In this document: positions 51,496-61,382 of the stretch, one piece after another
How the letters are laid out: each line of letters begins with the position of its first letter
Numbering within the stretch: position 1 is the stretch's first letter
Assembly (NCBI GenBank): GCA_038087875.1
Contig: JAXLNO010000081.1
Coordinates: forward strand, 62,001 to 126,000
Reading direction: 5' to 3'
DNA: 64,000 nucleotides
Source of the DNA: Malacoraja senta
Taxonomy: Eukaryota
Notes under the pieces: generated by a model
What the model was told of the DNA's origin: nothing
Database searches by the model: none
What the model saw: the letters and a program-made list of their open reading frames with translations, nothing else
Position numbers and translations under genes: made by a program

Positions 51496-53481
51496 ACTGA
51501 ACTAAATTAAAATTAACTCAAATGCACTCATCTCAACGAAACTCAACACAATTCACCACAACTCAACTGCAGTAAACACTGTCAACTCATCTGCACTTAA
51601 CCCAACCCAACTCAACTGCACTAAACCAACTGCACTAAACTCAATTCAGAGAAACTACACTAACATCAACACAACTGCACTCGACTCCGCAAAACAGCAT
51701 CGAACTTGACTCGTGCACCATAATAAAATCAACTGCACTAAAACTAACTCAACTGCAATGAAATCAACGCAACTCAACTGCAGTACACGCAACTCAACTG
51801 CAATATTCAAGTCAACTATATCGTACATAACTCAAATGTATTAACCTCAACTGCTCTAAACACAACTCTGCTCAGCTCAATTCACCTCAAATCAACTGCA
51901 CTAAACTCAACTCAACTACATTAAACACAACTCTATAACTGCACTAATCTCAACACAACTGCACTCAACTATACTAAACTAAACTCAAATGCATTATATT
52001 CAACTGAGCTACATCAAACTGAACTGCACTAAACTCAAAGGGAATAACACCAACTGCACTAAACTCAACACTAAACAACTGCACGAAACACAACTGAACA
52101 CAACTGCATTTACCTCAGCACAACTGTACATAATTCAATTCAACTTATCTGCATTCACCCCAACCGCACTAACCTCAACCGCACCAACCTCAACTCCAAA
52201 ACTGCACTAAACTCAACACAGCTGCACTAAACTACGCTCCACTAAACTCAACTAAACTCAGCACAGCTGCATTCAACTGCGCTCCACTCTACTCAACACA
52301 ACACAACACAACACAGCAGCACTCAACTCCCCTCCACTCAACTCAACACAGCTGCACTCAACTCAACTCACCTGCAATCAACTCCACTCCACTGCATTAA
52401 ATTCAACTGAACTACATCAACAGCACTAAACTCAAATGGAATAAACCCAACTGCACGAAACGGAACTCCACTCTGAAGAAGGGTTTCGGCCCGAAACGTT
52501 GCCTATTTCTTTCGCTCCACAGATGCTGTCTCACCCGCTGAGTTTCTCCAGCATTTTTGTCTACCTTCCAATAAATTCAGCTGTATTTACTTGAATACAA
52601 CTTATCTGCATTCAACTCAACCCAACTATACTGAACTCAACTCAACTGCACTTAATTCAACTGCAGTAAATTCAACACAACTCTACTCCGCAACTGCATG
52701 TACCTCATCACAACACTCAATTCATCATTTACACTCAACTCAATTGCACTAAATTTAAACTCCACTGAACTCAACTGCATTTACCGCATCACAACTGTAC
52801 TGAACTCATCTACATGCAACTCAACTTCACTGAACTCAACTGCACTCAAGTCAACTGCACTATACTCAACTCAACTGCACTAAACCCAACTCAACTGCAT
52901 TCAACTCAACCGCACTAAACACAACTAAACTCAGCTGCACTAACCTCAACACAACTTAACAGCACTCAACGCAACTCATCAACTGCGATAACTTCAACAC
53001 AACACCACTCAACTCCGCCCAATCCAAGGGCACCATACTCAACTGAACTCAATTGCACGAAATTCAAACAACTGCAGTAAACACAACTCAGCTCCACTAC
53101 AATCACCTTCACTAAACTCAACTGAAGTCCACTGAATTAAGCTACATTGAACTGCACCAACTTCAAATACACTGAACTCAACTCATCAATAGCATTAAAC
53201 TCAACACAACTGCATGCAACTACGCTGCACTAAACTCGACTCGACATCATTTAACTCAACCGAACTGCTCTAAACTCAACTCAACTGCACTCGAATGCAC
53301 CGAACTCAACAGCGCTGAACTCATCCTAACTGCACTAACCACCTCAACTGCACTAAACTCAACTCAACAGCATTAACATCAACTCAACAGCATTAACATC
53401 AACTCAACAGCATTAACATCAACTCAACAGCATTAACATCAACTCAACAGCATTAACATCAACTCAACAGCATTAACATCA

Positions 53482-55767
53482 AACATAGAAACAAAGAAAC
53501 ATAGAAAATAGGTGGAGGATGAGGCCATTCGGTCCTCCGAACCAGCACCGCCATTCATTGTGATCATGGCTGATCGTCCGTAATCAATAACCCTGCCTGC
53601 CTTCTCCTCATATCCCTTGATTTCACTAGCCCCATGAGCAATATCTAACTCTCTCTTAAATCCATCCAGTGATTTGGCCTCCACTGCCCTCTGTTGCAGG
53701 TAATTCCACAAATTCACAACTCTCTGGGTGAAAAAGTTTCCCACCTCAGTCATAAATGGCCTCTCCTTTATTCTAACACTATGGCCTCCGTTCTGGACTG
53801 GCCCAACATTGGGAACATTTTTCCTGCATCTAGCTTGTCCAGTCCTTTTATAATTTTATATGTATCGATAAGATCCCCCTCATCCTTCAAAACTCCACTG
53901 AATACAAGCCTACTCTTTTCAATTTTTCCTCATATGATAGTCCCGCCGTCCCACGGACCAATATCGTGAACCTACGCTGCACTGCCTCAATCACAAGTAT
54001 GTCCTTCCTCAAATTTGGAGACCAAAACTGTACACAATACTCCAGATGTAGTCTTACCAGAGCCGTATACAACTACTGAAGAACCTCTTTAATCCTATAC
54101 TGAAATCCTCTTGCTATGAAGGCCAACATTCCATTAGCTTTCTTCACTGCCTGCTGTACCTGCACGCCAACTTTCAGTGACAGGTGTACAAGGACACCTA
54201 GGTCTCGCTGCACATCCCCCTTACCTAACCTAAACCCATTGAGATAATAATCTGCACCCTTGTTTTGCCGCCAAAGTGGATAACCTCGCATTTATCTATA
54301 TTATACTGCACCTGCCATGCATCTGCCCACTCACTCAATCTGTCCAGGTCTCCCTGCAAGCTCCTACCATTATCTTCACAGTTAACACTGCCACCCAGTT
54401 TTGTGTCATCCGCAAACTTGCTAGTGTTGCTCCTAATTCCCTCTTCCAAATCATTAATATATGGCAAACAGTTGCGGCCCCAACAAGTGAGCATTGCGGC
54501 ACTCCACTCGCCACTGCCTGCCATTCTGAAAAGGACCCGTTCACTCCTACTTTTTCCTTCCTGTCTGCCAACCAATTTTCAATCCATATCAAAACCGTAC
54601 CCCCAATAACATGAGCTCTAATTTTAGTCACCAGTCTCTCGTGCGGGTCCTTATCAAAGGCTTTCTGAAAGTCTAGATACCCTACGTGGACTGGCTCCCA
54701 TTCATCCATTTTACTTGCCACGTCCTCAAAAAATCACAGAAGATTTGTCAAGCATCAAGGTAGACAAAAGTTCTGGAGAAACTCAGCGGGTGCAGCAGCA
54801 TCTATGGAGCGAAGGAAATAGGCAACGTGTCGGGCCGAAACCCTTCTTCAGACAGATGGAGGGTGGGGTGCGGTGGGGTGGGGAGAAGAAAGGAAAAAGG
54901 AAGAGGAGGAGGTTGGGGACTGAGGAAGAGCTGAGAAGGGGAGGAGAGAGCAAGGGCTACCGGAAATTAGAGAATTCAATGTCTATGCCGCTAGGGTGCA
55001 AGCGGAACATGAGGTGTTGCTCCTCCAATTTCCGGTTGTGCTCACTTTGGCTATGGAGGAGGCCCAGGACAGAGAGGTCGGATTGTAATGGGTGGGAATG
55101 TTGAAGTACTGACCCTCCGGGTGATTAGGTTGGTTAATGCGGACCGAGCGGAGGTTTTCGGCGACACGATCGCCAAGCCTACGCTTGGTCTCACCGATGT
55201 AGATCTGCTGACATCTCAAGCAGCGGATGCAATGTGACCCCACCACTCGCCACATCTTCCCATCTAACCCCTGTCTGCTTTCCGCAAAAACAACTCCCTC
55301 CGTATCTCCCTGGTCTATTCTTCCCTTCCCTCCCGCACCACCTCCTCCCTGGGCACTTTCCCTTGCAACCGCATGAGATGCTACACTTGTCGCTTTACCT
55401 CCCCCCTCGACACCATTCAAGGACCAAAGCAGTCGTTCCAGGTGCGACAGAGGTTCACCTGCATCTCATCCAACCTCATCTATTGCATCCGCTGCTCTAG
55501 ATTACCTCTTTAATAATAGACTCCAGCATCTTTCCCGCCACCGAAGTCAGGCTAACTGGTCTGTTATTCCCGGTTTTCTCTCTCGCTCCTTTCTTGAAAA
55601 GTGGGATAACATTAGCTATCCTCCAATCCACAGGAACTGATCCTGAATCTATTGAATATTGTAAAATGATCACCAATGCGTCCACTATTTCAAGAAACAC
55701 CACCCTGAGGACCCTGGGATACAGACCATCAGGCCCAGGGGATTCATAAACCTTCAGTCCCATCAGC
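53482..55767 (-). mobile_element. CR1 fragment with embedded Penelope-like fragment (about 54756-55500)
   Basis: Duplicate of 22645-24932. Confidence 0.9.
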
Positions 55768-56031
55768 ACCAACCCCAACCCAACTGCACGAAACCCAACT
55801 CACCTGCACTAAAACCAACTCAACCGCACTAAAACCAACTCAACTGCACTAAAACCATCTCGACTCCTCGAAACTCAACACAACTGCACGAAACTCAACT
55901 AAACTGCACTAACCTACTCAACTGCATGAACTCAACTGCATTATATTCAACTCAATTGGACTAAACTCTACTCTTCTCAACTGCACTACTCGTCTAAATA
56001 CAACTCAACTGCACTGAACTCAACTCAAATA

Positions 56032-56362
56032 CATCCGTCGTGTTGATCTTTGGGAATCCTGCTTCATTCACTACACTTTCGTTCCATAAAAAGCAATCTG
56101 TGACGATATTCTGCTCATCTCACTGACGGGGTCTGCACTGGCAGGTCGTCGACATGAAATATTAACCTTGGTCCTTTAGTCTTCTGCGTTATTCCAACAT
56201 TGGCTGTCACCGGTCCATCAGCGGTTTGTGGATTAAGTGGAGAATATATTAAACTACAATAAATTTACCGTAGCCTCCGTTCTTATCGTATCCACTTGCC
56301 CATCCTGTGGGAGAAACAGACTATTTTCATGACATTAATTCAGAAATGGACATTTAACTCAG
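56032..56362. repeat. Complex module, delta type, truncated
   Basis: Core 56269-56304. Confidence 0.88.
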
Positions 56363-56680
56363 CCACTAAACCCAACCCAAGTGCACCAAACTGAACTGCA
56401 CTAAACCTCAAACCAACAGAATTAACATCAACTCAACAGCATTAACATCAACTCAACAGCAATAACATCAACTCAAGAGAATTAACATCAACTCAACACC
56501 ACTAAACTCTACTGTAGGAAACTCCAGCGATAAACTCATCACAACTGCACTCAACTCCGTTCCACTCAACCGCATTCCACTCAACCGCATTCCACTCAAC
56601 AACAGTAACTCAACTCCTCAACACAACCCAATTGCACTAAGCTAAACTAATCACAACTTCACTAGACTCACCTAAACTAA

Positions 56681-56959
56681 GCACAGAGTTTAATGATAAG
56701 GGGAAAGACTTTTAGGACCGAGATGAGAAAAAAAATTCACACAGAGAGTGGTGAATCTGTGGAATTCTCTGCCACAAAAAGTAGTTGAGGCCAGTTCACT
56801 GGCTATATTTAAGAGAGAGTTAGATGTGGCACATGTGGCTAAAGGGATCAGGGGGTATGGAGAGAAGGCATGTACAGGATACTGAGTTGGATGATCAGCC
56901 ATGATCATATTGAAGGGCCGAATGGCCTATTCCTCCACCTATTTTCTATGTTTCTATGT
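56681..56959 (+). mobile_element. CR1 3' fragment
   Basis: Duplicate of 25885-26163. Confidence 0.88.
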
Positions 56960-57181
56960 CTAACGGCAACTGCACGAAACCAAACTCAACTGCACGAAAG
57001 CCAACTCAACTGCACGAAAGCCAAATCAACTCCACGAAAGCCAACTCAACTGCACGAAAGCCAACTCAACTGCACGAAGCACAACTCAACTACATTGCAT
57101 GAACTCAATTGGACTAAACTCATCCCAAATGCAATAAACTCACCTAAATTCATCTCAACTGCACTGAACGAAACTCAACAC

Positions 57182-57805
57182 CATCCGTCGTGTTGATCCC
57201 TAGGATTCCTGCCAGTACCCTTTCCCTCCTTGAAAAGCAAACCGTGAGGGAATTATGCTCCTCTCACTGACGGGGTCTGCACTGGCAGGTCGTCGACATG
57301 AAATATTAATTTTGGTCCTGTAGCCTTCTGCGTTATTCCAACATTGGCTTTCACCTGTCCAGCAGTGTTTTGTGGGTTAAATAAAGACCATATTAATCTA
57401 CAATAAACTTACCGTAGCCTCCTTTCTTATCGTATCCATTTGGCCATCCTGTGGGAGAAACAGACTAGCATGAATAATATTTGATGACATGTATTCAGAT
57501 ATGGACATTTTAACTCAGTCGTATACAGTTTAGGTTGTAGCTATTGAATCTTGGTGTCTACCAGTACCTGTGGAGAAAGAAACATTTTGATGACAAAAAT
57601 ATACACAGAAGCCAGGGAAGGCAGGATGCAACCTTACAGCAATCTGGTTAGGGTGTATTGTATTCAATTATGTTCACCCTAATCCAAGAAGCATAAGGTG
57701 GTTTTAGAAAGAGTGTGGAAGAGATTGACCAGGATTATTCCTAGAGTAGTGTGTACAAGCTACAGTTCAGTAAACTTAACTAAACCATTCTAAACTGAAA
57801 TTCAG
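57182..57805. repeat. Complex module, beta type
   Basis: Core 57413-57448 with GTAAGT donor. Confidence 0.9.
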
Positions 57806-60144
57806 TAAACTAAATAAATATCAACTCAACTGCACTAATCTCAACTCAACTCAATTCACCTCAACTCAACTGCGGAAAACACAAATAAACTCACCTGCAC
57901 TTAACTCAACTCAGCTGCACTAAACCAACTGCACTAAACTCAACTAAACTCAAATCACCTCAACTTAACTGCACTAATCTCCACTCAACTGCATTGAAGT
58001 GCACTAATCTCCACTCAAGGGCCCCATACTAAACTCAATTCACCTCAACACAACTGCACTAATCTCCACTCAACTGCATTGAAGTGCACCAATCTCCACT
58101 CAAGTGCACCATAATAAAATCGACTAAACTCAATTCACCTCAACACAACTGCACTAATCTCCATTCAACTGCATTGGTGCACCAATCTCCACTTAAATGC
58201 ACCATACTAAAATCAACTGCACTAAACCGAAATCAATTAAACTTAAATCATCGCAATTCAGCTGCAGTAAACTCAACTCAACTGCAATAAACAAGTCAAC
58301 TAAATTTTACCTAACTCAACTGTACTAGACTCAACTGCACTAGTCTCAACTCAACTGCGCTAATCTCAATCACACTAAACTCAACTCCGCAAATGGATCA
58401 CAGCCGCTCCCATAACTAAGCTAAACTGAACTGCATTATATTCATCTGAACTACATTAAACTGAATTGAAATAAACTCAACTGCATTTACCTCAACAAAA
58501 CTGTACATAACTCAAGTCAACTTATCTGCTTTCAACTCAACCGCACTAACCTCAACCGCACTAAACTCAACACAGATGCACTCTACTCCGCTCCAATAAA
58601 CTAACGTCAACTCAACAACTCAACTGCGTTAAATTGAACTGAACTACATCAACGGCACTAAACTTAAATGGAATAACCCAACTGCACAAAACTCAACACA
58701 ACTAAACTGCACGAAACTCAACTCCACTAAACTCAACTCAACTCAACTTAACTGCATTTACCTGAACACAACTTATCAGAATTCAACTCAACCCAATTGC
58801 ACTAAACTCAACTGCATTTAATTCAACTGCACTAAACTCAACGAATCTGCACTAAACTCAACTCAACTGAAATAACCTCATCACAACACTCAACTGCACT
58901 AAATTTAACTCCACTGAACTCAACTGCATTTACCGCAACACAACTGTACTCAACTCAACTACATGCAACTCAACTTCACTGAAATCAACTGAACTCAAGT
59001 CAAATGCAGTCAAATCAACTGAACTGCGCTAAACCCAACTCCACTGCATTCAACTCAACAGTACTTAACACAACTCAATTAAGCTCAACACAACTTAACG
59101 GCAATCAACTCTTCAACTGCGCTAACTTCCACACAACTACACTCAACTCCACTCAATCCAAGTGCACCATACTCAACTGATCTCAATTGCACCAAATTCA
59201 ATCAACTGCACTGAACACAACTCAGCTCCACTACAATCACCTTCACTAAACTCAACTCAAGTGCACTGATTTAAACTACACTCAACTGCACCAAATTCAA
59301 TTACACTGAACTCAACTCCTCAACAGCAGTAAATTCAACACAACTGCGTACGCTGCACTAAACTCGATTTAACATCATTAATCTCAACTTAACTGCTCTA
59401 AACTCAACTGCACTCGACTGCACCGAAATCAACTGCACTGAACTCAAGCCAACTGCACTAAATTCAACTGCACTAAATTCAACTCAACGGCAATAAACTC
59501 AACCTAACTGCTCTAACTCAACTGCTCTAAACTCAACTCAACTGCTATAACTCAACTACATTAACATCAACTCAACATCACCTCAACATCATTAACTTCA
59601 GCTCATCATTAACATCAGCTCAACAGCATTAACATCAACTCCACAGCATTAACATCACTAAACAGCATTAACATCAACTCAACAGCACTAAATTCAACAG
59701 CAGTGACCTCCAGAATTAACTAATCACAACTCCACTCAACTCCGTTCCACTCAACCGCATTCCAATCAACCGTAGTAACTGAACTCCTCAACTGCAATCA
59801 ACGCAACCCAATTATACTGTACTCAAGTCAACTGCACTAAGCTAAACGTAACTCACCTTCACTAGACACAACTAAACTAACCACAACTACAGTAAACCCG
59901 AACTCAACTGCACTAAGCACAACTCAACTGCACTAAGCTCAACTCAACTGCACGAAACTCAACACAACTGCACGAAACTCAACACAACTGCACTAAACTC
60001 AACACAACTTCACGAAACTCAACATAACTGCACTAACCTACACAACTCAACAGCATGAACTCAACTGCATATTCAACTTCATTGGATTAAAGTCAACTGC
60101 ACTAAATTCATCAAAATTCAACTCAACTGCACTGAACTCAACAA

Positions 60145-60573
60145 CATCCGTCGTGTTGATCCCTGGGATTCCTGCTTCATTCACTACCATTTCCCTCCTT
60201 GAAAAGCAAACCATGAGGGTATTCTGCTCCTTTCACTGACGGGGTCTGCACTGGCAGGTCGTCGACATGAAATATTAATTCTGGGCCTTTAGCCTTCAGC
60301 GTTATTCCAACATTGGCTGCACCTGCCCATCAGTGTTTTTTGGATTGTGAAGAGTATATTAAACTACAATAAATTTACCGTATCCTCCATTCTTATCGAA
60401 TCCACTTGACCATCCTGTGGGGGAAACAGACTAGCGTGAGTAATATTTCATGACCATAATTCAGAAATGGATATTTGAACTCAGTCGTATACAGTTAATT
60501 TCGTAGCTACGGAATCTTGGAGTATACCAGCACCTGTGGAGAAAGAAAGATTTTGATGACAATTGATCGGATC
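60145..60573. repeat. Complex module, gamma type, interrupted by CR1
   Basis: Core 60379-60414. Confidence 0.88.
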
Positions 60574-61382
60574 ATAGAAACATAGAAAATATGTGCAGCA
60601 GTATGCCATTCGGCCCTTCGAGCCTGCAACGCCATTCAATATGATAATGGCCTATCATCCAACTCAGTATCCCGTACCTGCATTCTCTCCATACCCCCTG
60701 ATCCCTTTAGCCACAAGGGCCACATCTAACTCCCTGTTAGATAGAGCCAATGAACTGGCATCAACTACTTTCTGTGGCAAAGAATTCCACAGATTCACCA
60801 CTGTGTAAAAAATTATTTTCTCATCTCGGTCCTAAAAGACTTCCCCCTTGTCCTTAAACTGTGACACTTTGTTCTGGACTTCACCAACATCGGGAATAAT
60901 CTTCCTGCATCTAGCCTGTCCAACCCCTTAAGAATTTTGTACGTTTCTATAAGATCCCCCCTCAATCTTCTAAATTATAGCGAGTACAAGCTGCGTCTAT
61001 CCAGTCTTTCTTCATATGAAAGTCCTGCCATTCCAGGAATCAGTCTGGTGAACCTTCTCTGTACTCCCTCTATGGCAACTATGTCTTTCCTCAGATTAGG
61101 AGACCAAATCTGTACGCAATACTCCAGGTGTGGTCTCACCAAGACTCTGTACAACTGCAGTAGAACCTCCCTGCTCTTATACTCAAATCCTTTTACTATG
61201 AATGCAAACACACCATTCGCTTTCTTCACTGCCTGCTGCACCTGCATGCCTACTTTCAATGACTGGTGTACCATGACACCCAGGTCTCGTTGCATCACCC
61301 CTTTTCCTAATCGGTCACCATTCAGATAATAGTCGAATTTCCTGTTTTTGCCACCAAAGTGGATAACCTCACATTTATCCAC
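60574..61382 (-). mobile_element. CR1 3' portion
   Basis: ORF 60975-61445: DKCEVIHFG..LVRPHLEYCVQIWSP..RRFTRLIPG. Confidence 0.92.

Noticed and set aside
5204..58290. Short ORFs such as NSTQLH / TKLN / LGLVHLGWVWCTW repeats as mucin-like or structural proteins
   Set aside because: They are translations of pentamer and 20-mer satellite, cycle through all frames, and the surrounding sequence is full of stops
2688..60573. Module and spacer alternation as a CRISPR-like array
   Set aside because: Eukaryotic context, units are hundreds of bp, spacers are paralogous satellite, no cas genes
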